Notes: generated from the letters alone by a model not told the origin. A stretch of DNA of 63,555 bases, filler included, from Octopus bimaculoides (GCF_001194135.2; 9 parts of 9 records of this genome joined end to end with filler, not necessarily neighbours in it), one strand, 5' to 3'. Positions 12,054 to 25,059 are shown, numbered from the whole stretch's first letter. Numbers and translations are program-made.

Positions 12054-14556
12054 TTATCTTAAACTGGGAAACTCATTCTCTTCCTCTTCTCCACAATCAT
12101 CATCCGACGAAGCGACAATCCTACGAACATCCAAGACATGACGCGGCATTCCATCCACAGCGATGTTGTTTTTGGAATTGACAGCCGTCACTATTCCTCT
12201 GTTCCATTGAGTTGTGCAGCGTGCCTTTGGTGGCTTGACCCAGATTTCATCTCCCACCTCTACGAAGTCGAGCCCTCTCTCTTCTACAGATCATCCCGAT
12301 GTTTTACTCGGATGTCGCCATTCATATTTGAATATAGCTCTATGTGGCACGGACTCTTCGGCTTGTCCTGATCGGGGCGACATGTACCAGAACACTGCTT
12401 CCGGCGGCGAGACATGTCCCCTCTCCGTCATGGCCTTGATCGTTCGATGATGTCTCTCCACAATCCCATTTCCCCTCGGACTGTATGCCGCTCTGAAAAA
12501 GCGGTGCACTTTCCACCTGTCAAGTATCTCTTTCAGCGCCTCCGAACGAAATGCTGTGCTGTTGTCCATCAGCAATTCGTCCACAGAGCCCCGCTCTAAG
12601 AATACCTAGTTTAGAATACGTACCATCTCGTCCGCAGTGCCTGTCCTCAATTCCCTCCAAATTGGCCACCCGGCCCGGCCCACAATCGCCCATCGAGAGA
12701 TACGTCCACTGTCGGTAGTGTGTTACATCCACTGCTAATCGTCTCCAGTTGTGCTCTACCGAAACGTTTCCCTGCTCATGCACACCCGGAGCAGGGTGGT
12801 TGGATTGACACCTGTCGCAGTTCCCGACCACATTCTGGATGCTCCGTCTGGTAACGTCGGCGTCAATCCTCCTGGCGAGACACAGGGTCCTATCCACGCC
12901 CATATGATGCATGGCATGCAGTCTCCTTAGCTCGGAGTCATTTAACTGACACACCGCGGATACCCCCTTGCTTCGATTCTTCCGGTTCCCCTAACCAGGC
13001 CTTTTTTTACCTTGGTTAGAGCGTCCGCTTTGTTTCTCTCTGAAGGCACAAAGACCACGTTCAGCTTCAGGTCGAACTCGCCAATCAGCTCCCCTAGAAT
13101 CCCTAGGTGACGCTTCGCACCTTCTTCTCGTCGGTGATCACCGATCCTACCCAGCCAAGCACGGTAGCCGAATATGTACTGATTTCGATGGAGTGCAGTC
13201 CCCATCTCAGGGTCAAATTCACTCCCTTCAGCACTCAGCGACATTGATGTTGTTGTAGTCGTCTGCTTTTCGAAGCCAGGCAACATCCTCCACTTCGGTA
13301 CCTCCGTTTTCCAACACGATGCCTATCACAATGCTGCTAGAGTCACACCATACGGTCCCACTACCTGATTTGGGTGCATGCCAGTTCCCTCTGACTGGGT
13401 CTTCCGCTCTTGTCCTCTCCAGGATTTCTCGCATCATCGCCACCTTGTCACTCCAGTTCTCCCCTTCTGCTCGTCTCTTGGTGTAGCTGCATGCCGTACG
13501 CAGCCACCTCGCGATCGGGTAGTGACCTACTAACTCCCCGCACATTGAGAACAGTTCTCTCCTGCTGACGTTGGTACTCAGCTCTGGGATCTCATTCCCC
13601 CTACGAAACACCAACTTGCCTGTTCTGTCTCTCTGAAGCTTAAGCCCCGGTGCTGCTCGTCCAGCCATTGGCTCCGGTGACTTCACAATCAACCCAAATT
13701 TCTTCAAATGTCTCACAACCTCTTTGGTAGGCACTACGGTCTCGTTCATTAGGATGTCATCTATATAGGAACTGGTGGCCCTTCTTATCCTATCCACCTT
13801 TCCTAGGATGGATTTGAGCACTGTCGCCATGATCTTCGGTGCAAAATTCAACCCAAAACCCAGCCTTGTCAGACAATATGTCCGGCCCTTGTATCGCACC
13901 AGTTGGTACTGCCACAGTCTGTCGCTCACATGGAGCTGCAAATATGCCGACTTCAAGTCGACGATCGTCGCCGCCTTAGTCGACTGCCTCCATACGCACA
14001 GCATCTCATCGCAGACGTCGGTTGCCTTGCCACCTGTGTGACACGATGCATGGACATTCATCTCCCGAAAGTCCAGTACCTGTCTAACTTTGGCCATTTT
14101 TGGCTGCACCACTGCCATTAGAGGTAGCACTCCACTTACCACCTCCTCTTTCCACGGGATAAGGGCACCTTCTTTAATCCACTTCTCTACTTCTTCTTCA
14201 AACTCGGCCCTGGCGTGCCCTTTCAGGATATACTGGTAGCAGTTCACCTTGTTCTTCAGCGTCGGGGATCCCTCTTTCCAGCGCCACTCAATCGTCCATC
14301 GCTGACCATCGAACGCCGCCCGAAAGTCCTTATCTTCAATGGCGTAGGCATTGCAGCTCCTCGCGGGGCTCTGCTCCCGCTCACATTCCTGACTCACGGC
14401 GCACGACGCCTCCATGGCACCAAACGAAACCACGTCTCCTCCAACACTGACACCTCCAAGGCGGTCGAATGCGTCTATCCCCAATACCACGTTGATCCCG
14501 TCTACCACGTGGTCGATCACGATCGCCCGAAGCTTATACGCTGATACGCTTGCATT
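12054..14556 (-). mobile_element. LTR retrotransposon pol, copy 1 (protease C-term, RT, RNase H, integrase; frameshifted)
   Basis: VVLGIDA; RT VDLKSAYLQL, YCLTRLGFGLNFAP, SYIDDIL; RNase H WCDSSS...NINVAE; integrase HHCC (LHAMHHMG...CDRC), AVDVTHY, MDNSTAF-x-GNGIVER with D-x35-E spacing. Confidence 0.95.
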
Positions 14557-14600
14557 NNNNNNNNNNNNNNNNNNNNNNNNNNNNNNNNNNNNNNNNNNNN

Positions 14601-14612
14601 TTAATTAATTAA
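14601..14612. other. Artificial scaffold spacer TTAATTAATTAA in 44N+12+44N (also 24232, 35425, 38383, 40698, 55465, 56981, 62434)
   Basis: The identical 12-mer is centred in a 100-nt N block eight times and puts stop codons in all six frames. Confidence 0.95.
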
Positions 14613-14789
14613 NNNNNNNNNNNNNNNNNNNNNNNNNNNNNNNNNNNNNNNNNNNNATATATATATATATAATTAAGATTCAGTTGAATTAATTACTTAA
14701 GTTGACCCACCAAGTCAGTCCGGTATTATCTGCACAGCTCGAAGTAAGGTGAATAAAATCAAAATAAGTAACAAGATGTCAAGTATTAG

Positions 14790-14875
14790 TGCAATAAGTT
14801 CGTTTCAAGCTGCTCTATTTAATTGAACAATGCAAGCATTACATCAGTCTAAATACAGTGCTATCTTCAGTCGCA
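14790..14875 (-). ncRNA. Type-I hammerhead ribozyme-like motif, left arm (stem III decayed)
   Basis: Minus strand: TGCGA CTGAAGA T-AGC...GCT-T GAAAC GAAC TT A TTGCA. Confidence 0.6.
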
Positions 14876-16213
14876 ATAAATATGGATTTTCAACAGACAA
14901 GATATATCAATATAATTTTTACTCAACCATTTTATCAGAGTCAGAGGAAGAAAGAATTCCATGCAATCACTATTACAGCAAGAATAATCTAAGAGAAGAA
15001 CTACCATTTTGGGTCTGGCATGGAACACAGTGAGGGTCATAGGATTATAGTTCATTTCTAATATTTTTATCTACCTTCTTATTAACAACAAAAGATCTAA
15101 GGCTAGAATACTACGATTATTGAGAATAAAGAACATTGTGAGTTGACGGCTCAGAGCTGGCTGCTGGTCATAAATATATATATAACTAGGTGATTCCCCT
15201 ATTCCTTATTTATGTTTATATATCATTGAATAATTTTTCTTATTATCCTGCTTCTGATTCCTTACTTCCAATCAATAGATAATATGTACATCTTTCCAGA
15301 TAAATTCCATATGTAAGTCGTGACCATTCTTTAAGTGGCCTTTATAGCGACCACCTAATAGTCATATAATGATGACGTATTAGGGTGATTCTACATAATA
15401 GTTATCTTCTTTTTAATGTTTAAACTGATCTGTATATTCATCTTATTTAACATGGTTCTAATACCCCTTAATTTTTTTTTTTTAAATTTAATTTTTATTC
15501 AACATATTACACGGGCTGTTACTCTACCTTGATTATAAACTTTTGAGCCCTTAATGTTTTCCTAGATCCCAGTATAGCGTCCTAAGTTTCACTGCTTAGT
15601 TGAGAAATTGATTAGGATGGAAGATGAAGCACAAGTAGATCTTATTCAGGCAAAAATTTGCGCTTGGAGCTTTTGCGTTTGTAGATTTTCTCAGGTAAAT
15701 CCCATGTAACTGAAAATAACTGAAAATAACTTTAACTGAAAATAATGACAAGAGTTAATGTCACCCTTACCCTACCTTTTGTTATGGACATTTGCTGCTC
15801 TCTACTTGGCTCCTTCTAAAGTTTATTTCTTTTTGTGGCGAAGGGTATTTATGGAATTAAGAAATTAAGGAATAGTAAGGAATTAAGGAATAGGGGAATC
15901 ATCTAGTTATATATATTTATGACCAGCAACCAGCTCTGAGTCGTCAACTCACAATGTTCTTTATTCTCAATAATCGTAGTATTCTAGCCTTAGATCTTTT
16001 GTTGTTAATAAGAAGGTAGATAAAAATATTAGAAATGAACTATAATCCTATGACCCTCACTGTGTTCCATGCCAGACCCAAAATGGTAGTTCTTCTCTTA
16101 GATTATTCTTGCTGTAATAGTGATTGCATGAAATTCTTTCATCCTCTGACTCTGATAAAATGCTGGAGAAAAATTATATTGGTATATCTTGTCTGTTGAA
16201 AATCCATGTTTAT

Positions 16214-16299
16214 TGCAACTGAAGATAGCACTGTATCTAAACTGACGTAATGCTTGCATTGTTCAATTAAATGGAGCTGCTTGAAACAGTCGTATTGCA
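16214..16299 (+). ncRNA. Type-I hammerhead ribozyme-like motif, right arm (catalytic boxes intact)
   Basis: TGCAA (stem I) CTGAAGA T-AGCA...TGCT-T (stem II, long loop) GAAAC AGTC GT A (GUA site, A16294) TTGCA (stem I'). Confidence 0.7.
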
Positions 16300-16378
16300 G
16301 AGAGAGAGGGGGAAGAAAGAGACTGACAGACAGACAGACAAAAACAGAGCGAGAGAGGGAGATAGTGAGATAGATAGG

Positions 16379-16413
<35 letters not shown>

Positions 16414-16513
16414 NNNNNNNNNNNNNNNNNNNNNNNNNNNNNNNNNNNNNNNNNNNNNNNNNNNNNNNNNNNNNNNNNNNNNNNNNNNNNNNNNNNNNNN
16501 NNNNNNNNNNNNN

Positions 16514-16548
<35 letters not shown>

Positions 16549-17046
16549 CACCCCCCACACACACATACATTTAGATCGTCTTGATAAGAACACGGACCTG
16601 AATGTGGTTTCATTCTAATAAACACACCATTGTTTTACAATGAATAACATATAAATGAATATCTTTGTTTTTAATGATTCTGATAGGAGGAGCACCTTTC
16701 ACATAAGAGTCACATAAGTGTTTATTTCGACCTTACATTTTTCTGGTGCATTCTCAAGTATTTTCCACTGAACATGCAAATAGACCTTCTTATGCATATA
16801 TGCATATATGTATATATGTATTATGTATATATATATATATATATATATACTCGGAATGGCCAATTTTAATGACTATTGGATTTTACTCACAAGGTATTGG
16901 AATCTTATATGTATCCCATTCTTTCTAAATAATGGATTTACAAATAGAATATCCCTGCATATCTCACATCTATTTTCTTTCCTCCAATTCACTCTCTATT
17001 TCGTATCTTATCTAAATTAACTATTGCTTAACCGTCTTCTCACACA

Positions 17047-17094
17047 GACTCCGATGAAGAGATATAATAAATACCGTGGAAACAGCTGTAAGAC
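17047..17094 (+). ncRNA. Decayed HHR-like motif
   Basis: GACT CCGATGA ... GAA ACAGCTGT A AGAC. Stem III is a perfect palindrome and stem I pairs 3 of 4; stem II is poor and U4 is C. Confidence 0.35.
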
Positions 17095-18593
17095 ATATTT
17101 ATAAATGTTCTAAAATCCACACGGCCTTGGTTTTTTTTATCTCATTACGAAAAGTAAATCTTTATATATATATATATATATATATATCTGTAAAAATATG
17201 TGACACTTATTCAGTAGCCATGATAAAACTCCGAGTTTCGGATGCCAGGGTGAGAGCCCACGCCAACATCTCTTCAGTTATCTAGCCAATTGAAAATTCC
17301 TGTGANNNNNNNNNNNNNNNNNNNNNNNNNNNNNNNNNNNNNNNNNNNNNNNNNNNNNNNNNNNNNNNNNNNNNNNNNNNNNNNNNNNNNNNNNNNNNNN
17401 NNNNNNNNNNNNNNNNNNNNNNNNNNNNNNNNNNNNNNNNNNNNNNNNNNNNNNNNNNNNNNNNNNNNNNNNNNNNNNNNNNNNNNNNNNNNNNNNNNNN
17501 NNNNNNNNNNNNNNNNNNNNNNNNNNNNNNNNNNNNNNNNNNNNNNNNNNNNNNNNNNNNNNNNNNNNNNNNNNNNNNNNNNNNNNNNNNNNNNNNNNNN
17601 NNNNNNNNNNNNNNNNNNNNNNNNNNNNNNNNNNNNNNNNNNNNNNNNNNNNNNNNNNNNNNNNNNNNNNNNNNNNNNNNNNNNNNNNNNNNNNNNNNNN
17701 NNNNNNNNNNNNNNNNNNNNNNNNNNNNNNNNNNNNNNNNNNNNNNNNNNNNNNNNNNNNNNNNNNNNNNNNNNNNNNNNNNNNNNNNNNNNNNNNNATA
17801 TATATATATATATATATATATATGTCATTAATATGTGGTAGCCATGATGTAACACTTTTTATTTTTTCTGTTTCTCTTTCTTTTAATTCCTTTTTTTTTC
17901 TTTCGCTAATTTCCACTGTTTTCTTCCTCTCCCATACCTAATATCTTCTGATTTTTTCCTTTTCTTTCTTTCGCCTATAACAATTTATTTGTATAAGCAT
18001 ACGCCAGGAGATTTTATGCACGCGCGTGTGTAAGTGTGTGTGTATGTGCGTACATACCTATATATGCATTTGTATATATATTTATGTCTGTATATATATG
18101 AAGCTATGGACATGCGTCTGCATGTTTAGTGTATATATGTATATTATAGATGGTTTGGTATATGTATATAGTGTTAAATATATAATCCAACAAGAATTTT
18201 TTTTAACGGATATAACTTTTGATGTATTAATTGATTAATGTTTTAGAGATAATTATTTACCTTGGATATTCAGGCTCTGCCCTTCTTTATAAGCTATTTT
18301 CGATTTAAAGTTTTCTTCGTTCTTTTTTCTTTTTGTTTGTTTTTTTAATAATAAGATCATGTTTTCATACCGCAGTTTGTTCATTGCATGCAACCAACAT
18401 GAAAAAGACCATTAGTTGAAAGGACCAATGAAAGAAAACCATTTTCCAATGTGTATCTATTAAACTAATTGTATATTTTTGCTTATAACCTTCTTTTCTT
18501 TTCGTTCCATTCTAAACAAAACTGTACGACGAACGGGAACGTGAAACTCTGAGTAAGAGTTTTTGTGATATTTTTACTGCTTTTCAATAAAGC

Positions 18594-18632
<39 letters not shown>

Positions 18633-18639
18633 TGGAATT

Positions 18640-18790
18640 TACAAAAAAAAACAGAAGACGAAGACAGATGTGTAAAAAGCAAATAGGTGTATCAGTTTAA
18701 CGCTCGGGAAGGTGAGAAAGTATTTTATGTTTCGAGCTTACGCTCTTAGACAATAAGGAACACGAGAAAATAAACAGAGAGAATGAAAAA
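18640..18790 (-). mobile_element. Dispersed repeat (PLE pLTR-like) with decayed HHR-like motif at 18722-18758; homologous to 45500-45640
   Basis: Shares CTTTCTCACCTTCCCGAGCG and GAGC-GTAR-RCTC-GAAAC with 45541-45600. Confidence 0.6.
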
Positions 18791-20024
18791 AAAACCTTCT
18801 TATGCATATGTATGTGTGTGTGTGTGNNNNNNNNNNNNNNNNNNNNNNNNNNNNNNNNNNNNNNNNNNNNNNNNNNNNNNNNNNNNNNNNNNNNNNNNNN
18901 NNNNNNNNNNNNNNNNNNNNNNNNNNNNNNNNNNNNNNNNNNNNNNNNNNNNNNNNNNNNNNNNNNNNNNNNNNNNNNNNNNNNNNNNNNNNNNNNNNNN
19001 NNNNNNNNNNNNNNNNNNNNNNNNNNNNNNNNNNNNNNNNNNNNNNNNNNNNNNNNNNNNNNNNNNNNNNNNNNNNNNNNNNNNNNNNNNNNNNNNNNNN
19101 NNNNNNNNNNNNNNNNNNNNNNNNNNNNNNNNNNNNNNNNNNNNNNNNNNNNNNNNNNNNNNNNNNNNNNNNNNNNNNNNNNNNNNNNNNNNNNNNNNNN
19201 NNNNNNNNNNNNNNNNNNNNNNNNNNNNNNNNNNNNNNNNNNNNNNNNNNNNNNNNNNNNNNNNNNNNNNNNNNNNNNNNNNNNNNNNNNNNNNNNNNNN
19301 NNNNNNNNNNNNNNNNNNNNNNNNNNNNNNNNNNNNNNNNNNNNNNNNNNNNNNNNNNNNNNNNNNNNNNNNNNNNNNNNNNNNNNNNNNNNNNNNNNNN
19401 NNNNNNNNNNNNNNNNNNNNNNNNNNNNNNNNNNNNNNNNNNNNNNNNNNNNNNNNNNNNNNNNNNNNNNNNNNNNNNNGGCTGAGCGCTCCGCTTACAA
19501 GCGTACCCCTTCACATACTTGTCAAAGAGATAAGGCTAGCCCCTCGAAATGCAGATACTACTCATTTTTGCCAGCCGACTGGACTGGAGCAATGTGTTAG
19601 AGTTATTTTCGCAATTTATCCAGTACAACCCATAAACAAGTAAATAGTATTTTCCTAAACAATATTTCGATTAGTGAATTGTTCACTAATATGCAGATGA
19701 CTTAGAGCTGTAACCCCACGACCTTCTCAACTAAATATTGAAATCCTAGTGTTTTTATTTTTCTGTTTTGTCCAGATATTTCATAAGTATGAGCAACTTC
19801 TAAATCTCAATGCTTGTTGGGATGTTAACCTAACAACACAGAACCCGAAATAAACCATAGAATAAAATGAAAACAACAAAAACAAACGTAAATTCATCAA
19901 ATCTTTATTAGGGACAGACTGGTTTCTAAAAATCGCAGGAGTTTTTATTTAGATTTATTTGGTTTTTGTTACAATATTTATTGTTCTGTAGTTGTATTGA
20001 TATTTTACTATTATTTCATACCAA

Positions 20025-20130
20025 GAGGTTGACTTAGCCTTTCATCCTTTCGTGGTTGAAAAATTAAGTACCAATTGACTGACCCCCTCCCCTAAACATT
20101 TCTGGCCTTGTACCTAGAGTAGAAAAGATT
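20025..20130 (+). mobile_element. SINE family B, 3' fragment
   Basis: GAGGTTGACTTAGCCTTTCATCCTTTCG...AAGTACCA...GAGTAGAAAAG. Confidence 0.7.
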
Positions 20131-20284
20131 TGATCTCTGAACGTGTATGATAAATACCTCCTTGATATTTTTCGCATGATGCACTTTTCTGGCGTATTTT
20201 AAGCCTTAATATTGGTTCAAAAGATTATTTCATATCAAGTTTTTTTATATTTTTATTTCAAACCATATACAAACAAATGAAAAC

Positions 20285-20669
20285 ACTATCTTTAATTCAC
20301 TCGCTTCTTCTCGATATTTTAGGTCTAAATGAGAACATTTTTGCTTTGGTTTTCTCCACCAAGGTATTCCATACTGTTAAGATTTTCAGTTTCGAATTCT
20401 TGTGCCTCAAAAGAAATTTTGCCGTTCGAACTCAAATCCGATATACTGTTCACGTGAATATTTTCAATGTTAGGGAAATGTTTGTTTATACAACCGAGAG
20501 ACTTTGAGAAATGGTAATTTTGAACTTCATATGATATTTTGAAGCATGCCTTGAGGTGACGATGGTTGATACGTTCCACTACAAATTTAAGCCGTATATT
20601 TACCATTCCATAATGAAATGCGTAGGTTTTGGAGAAAGTACCGTCTGTAAATTTAATAATATGTGGCAA
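20285..20669 (-). pseudogene. MULE (Mutator-like) transposase relic
   Basis: FTDGTFSK, INKHFPNI and, in another frame, WWRKPKQ...LKYREEASE resemble the MULE DGTF...FP...W-x-R-K...SE motifs. Confidence 0.5.
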
Positions 20670-20697
20670 TTAGAGAAAAAAATACTGCAAAAAATTG

Positions 20698-20729
<32 letters not shown>

Positions 20730-21219
20730 TCCACGCTTGCACACGCACGCACTTACGCACAGATGCACCCACGTACGCAATTATACACTCATGCACACAC
20801 ACATTCATTATATATATATATGTTACTTATACCTAATACAATTATATTATATGCGTGTATGAACATTCATATGTAAATATTCATATATTCACTCACACAC
20901 ACACTCACACATACACATTATAAATATGTTTGTGTATGTATGTATGTATGTATGTATGTATATCACAGGTACAACTTTTACAGATTCCATGCTCCAAATC
21001 CTAGCAGTCTTAAAAATTTTAAGGGGATGTATTTTTCAACATTTTTTTTATCTGCGTTCTTCAAAATACTTGGACATAATAGATCAGTCATTAAGCAAAT
21101 TCGATTTCCGTTATCTGTTACAATTATATCTGGTTTATTATGTTCTATCTTCTAATCCGTCTGTATTGGAAAATCTCACAAAATCTTGCATGTTTTAGGC
21201 GCAAATATTGTTTCTACTA

Positions 21220-21365
21220 TGTATCTTCTGCTTCAAACACCCATTTCTGACAAAGCTTCCGGTGTAAACCTCTCACAACCTGATCATGACTCCATTTTTT
21301 ATATTCTACCTGAGCTAATTTGGGGCATTCTACAACAATGGATGCTATTGTTTCGTCTGCCATGA
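21220..21365 (-). mobile_element. R4/Dong-type non-LTR retrotransposon fragment (CCHC region)
   Basis: DETIASIVVECPKLAQVEYKKWSHDQVVRGLHRKLCQK matches the ETI-H-I-C-x2-LA-x2-EY-x2-RHD motif. Confidence 0.65.
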
Positions 21366-22300
21366 ATTCTGTAATGAACTTCAAAATAATTCCTTTTAAA
21401 AATAACAAATGCTACAACAAAGCGGAGAAATAAATCAGTTTGCTACGTTGAAAGGGCAAAGAAAAGAAATATATATATATATATANNNNNNNNNNNNNNN
21501 NNNNNNNNNNNNNNNNNNNNNNNNNNNNNNNNNNNNNNNNNNNNNNNNNNNNNNNNNNNNNNNNNNNNNNNNNNNNNNNNNNNNNNNNNNNNNNNNNNNN
21601 NNNNNNNNNNNNNNNNNNNNNNNNNNNNNNNNNNNNNNNNNNNNNNNNNNNNNNNNNNNNNNNNNNNNNNNNNNNNNNNNNNNNNNNNNNNNNNNNNNNN
21701 NNNNNNNNNNNNNNNNNNNNNNNNNNNNNNNNNNNNNNNNNNNNNNNNNNNNNNNNNNNNNNNNNNNNNNNNNNNNNNNNNNNNNNNNNNNNNNNNNNNN
21801 NNNNNNNNNNNNAACATTGATATTATGTTTTAGTTATAAATCATAGAAATAATAAGAGATTTTACGAACAGCTTCATAAGGGTAAAACTCTACACGGTGT
21901 TAGTCGATTATACTGTCCCCAATTCTTAACTCGCATTTTATTCTATAGATCTCGAAAGCGATAAAGTACAAAATTTGAACCCAAGACGCAAAATCCTTGA
22001 AAAATTACGTCTAATGAATTTTATTGAACCGAAGATGATTTTGAAAATACATCACCTTATAACAGCATTGATTACGGTCGCAGATTTCTCCACAAGGACC
22101 GTAATTTTCAGTCGATACAATGAAGTGCAGTGTCGTCATACATACCAAACAATTTCTAACTCATTTCTTATATTACGCGGAATACTTCATTAGTTATAAT
22201 GTATGCAATTTTGTTTTCTGCAGTCATTAATTTCATGTTTCAGTACTATGTCGTTATGTATGGGACTTACTATTACTGATAAAAGTAACCAAAGAGTTAC

Positions 22301-22650
22301 TCTTTTACTTGTTTCAGTCATTTGACTGCGGCCAGGACTTATTCTTTGTAAGCCTAGCACTTATTCTATCGGTCTCATTTGCCGAACCACTAAGTTACGG
22401 GGACGTAAAAACACCAGCATCGGTTGTCAAGCGATGTTGGGGGACAAACACAGACACACAAACATATACACACACATACATACATATATATACATATATA
22501 CGACAGGCTTCTTTCAGTTTCCCCTCTACCAAATCCACTCACAGCCTCTATAGTAGAAGACACTTGCCCAAGGTGCCACGCAGTGGGACTGAACCCAGAA
22601 CCATATGGTTGGTAAGCAAGCTACTTACCACACAGCCACTACCGCACCTA
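22301..22650 (-). mobile_element. SINE family A, nearly full length with an internal deletion
   Basis: Minus-strand head with A box TGGCTGTGTGG and B box GGTTCAGTCCC; 3' end ACTGAAACAAGTAAAAGA. Confidence 0.9.
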
Positions 22651-23329
22651 CTTACCACACAGCCGGAAAATGTTTGATAAGATGCCAGGTTAGAAAAATG
22701 TGTCCGTGGGGTGAATTCGCTCCCCTTGCTTTCTCATTTGCAACACAACTGATTCCGTTATGAATACTAAGATAGTAAAATATATAAATACAGCTTTTTC
22801 TTTTTTTTTACTAATTTTAAGAAGAATATTTGTTTATTGCAGAGGTTATGCCTGAACGATCATTACTGATGTCTTGCGTTTTCTAGAATTTAAATAGAGA
22901 TGTAAGAAAGTGGCAGCCGGACCGGTAGAAAAGGTGAAAGGTAGGAAGGAAATAAAGGAAGGAAAAGAAAGGAATTAAAGAAAGAAGGAAAGAGGGAATG
23001 GATGAAAGAAAGGAAGCAAAACAGATTGAAAGATAAGATTAAGAACGCGATTAAGGGAGGGAAAGATGATGCATGATAGAAACGAATAAAAAAAATGGGA
23101 CTAAACTACAGGGAAAAAAGCAGGAAGAATGAAATTAAGGTGAACAGGAAGGAGATAACAAGATAACGAGATTCCTTAGGAAATCTGGAATGATAAGTAC
23201 TAACCATATTATGACGGTTTAAACCAGTAATAACAGATGTACTTTCTCACATGTAAAACAAAGCACGAAATTTTCGGGACTTGTATTTAGGTTTTGCGCA
23301 TAGGATAGTGAGTCTTTTAATATTGCTTT

Positions 23330-23545
23330 CAAATTTTCACACAAAGCGAGCAATTTGGGGGAAGGGATGAATTGATTCCATTAAGAGCAGTGCTCAACTG
23401 GTATTTATTTTATCAATCCTGAGAGGATAAAAGCCAAAGTCGATCTCGGTGGAATTTGAACTTAGAATGTAGAGACGGACGAAATGCTGCGAAGCATTTC
23501 GTCCCTTCGTGCTGACGCTGCTGCCAGCCTGCTACATTATAACTC
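23330..23545 (-). mobile_element. SINE family B, diverged
   Basis: GGATAAAAGCCAAAGTCGATCTCGGTGGAATTTGAACTTAGAA block. Confidence 0.7.
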
Positions 23546-24121
23546 TTTAATGTTAATCTCTTCTCAAATACTGTTCAATATTCTGCCCAAAGCTTCCAGC
23601 CGCTCTTCCATTTCACCATGTTATTTTAGCTTTCGAGACTTTCGAGCAAAGATATTATCTAATTTGCTCGAACTGACAGCATTAATCGCAGGCTTAATTT
23701 AGATGTTGTAAAGGAAATACAAAATGGCGACTAAACAAAAAAAATACGTACATTTAGGAAGATGAAGCAGATCAGCACAACATTTGCCCGCATTTCCTTT
23801 CCAAGAACATTGCATCTGCGCTATATTTTGCAAACTATCATTTTCAGCAATTTCGTTCGTCAGGTTTTCATTTTGAGGTTCCTTATCTGCTGCACTATTT
23901 TCGAGCATTCGATCAACCAGGAGATTATTTGTCAGTGTCTTCAAAACAGCTCTTTCATAAATAATTTCATCTATAAATTCAATACAATAAAAGTTAATTA
24001 ACTATTTAAGAATGCCGAGAGATTACAAGAGGAGAGTATATGTATTGAGATAGACACATACATTCATACATGTATGTGTAGACGCGTAGTTATTTTATCA
24101 AGAAGAGATATACCCAGACGG

Positions 24122-24187
<66 letters not shown>
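24122..24187. repeat. (GT)n microsatellite (representative of dozens of TA, CA, TAGA, CATA and AAT arrays)
   Basis: Direct inspection. Confidence 0.95.
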
Positions 24188-24287
24188 NNNNNNNNNNNNN
24201 NNNNNNNNNNNNNNNNNNNNNNNNNNNNNNNTTAATTAATTAANNNNNNNNNNNNNNNNNNNNNNNNNNNNNNNNNNNNNNNNNNNN

Positions 24288-25059
24288 AGGGCGGTGTGGA
24301 TGGTGGTGGGTGGATATCCACGCAGGCTAAAGTGGCGAGCCATGAGTTGAGACTGAGTCTCAAAGTCATGGCTGTCGCTACAAAGTCTGCGTAGACGGAG
24401 GAATTGAGAATAGGGGATGGAAAGTTTTGTGTGTTTAGGGTGGGAGGAGGAGAAGTTGAGATAGGAGTGTGAGTCTGTGTGTTTGTAGTGGATGGAGGTG
24501 CTAAGGGCGGAGTGAAGGATGCTGACCGAAATGTCGAGAAAGGAGCCAGAGGTGTCAGAGATAGTACAGGAGAAGTGGAGGGCAGGATGGAAAGATTGAA
24601 CGAAAGAGAGGAACGAGTCAAGATGTTCGCGGGAGAGTGAGGTGGCACCGATACAGTCGTCGATATAACGACCGCATAGTTCAGGAGTAGGACCAGTGAA
24701 AGTGGAGAATATTTGGGCCTCAACATAACCAACGAACAGGTTCGCGTAGTTGGGGCCCATTCTCGTCCCCATGGCCACTCCCGAGGTTTGCTGGTAGATA
24801 TCTCCCACGAACGAGAAGCAGTTGAGAGATAGGACAAGTTCGGCCAGACGAATGCGTGTGGAGGTGTCGGGTTGTGGGTTGGGCGTTGGTCTAGGAAATA
24901 CTTCAGGGCACGCAGCCCCTCGTCGTGGGGGATCACCGTGTAGAGGCTCTGAATGTCTAGAGTGAAGAGAAGCTTAGAAGGGCCGGGAGGGAAAGAGAAA
25001 GAGTTGAATAGACGAAGCGCGTGGTTAGTGTCATGAATGTGGGAAGGGAGAGAAGCCAC
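24288..25059 (-). mobile_element. Penelope-like RT fragment (GC-rich lineage, distinct from 6821-8450)
   Basis: FTLDIQSLYTVIPHDEGL, GVAMGTRMGPNYANLF, RYIDD, SFLDISV, KHTDSHSYL, SIPYSQFLRLRRLCS, RGYP. One frameshift; ends at a gap. Confidence 0.92.

Larger units (their letters stand above)
14790..16299. repeat. Long inverted repeat: arms 14790-15208 and 15884-16299, spacer about 675 bp
   Basis: The arms are near-identical reverse complements (for example GGGTCTGGCATGGAACACAGTGAGGGTCATAGG versus its complement at about 16045-16080). Termini TGCAATA...TATTGCA. Confidence 0.95.

Noticed and set aside
14790-16299. Polinton/Maverick terminal repeats
   Set aside because: No AG/AGT-repeat termini at both ends and no coding capacity; the ends coincide with HHR stems instead.
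23560-23990. Minus-strand coding-like stretch (CSWKGNAGKCC)
   Set aside because: No motif could be assigned; multiple stops.
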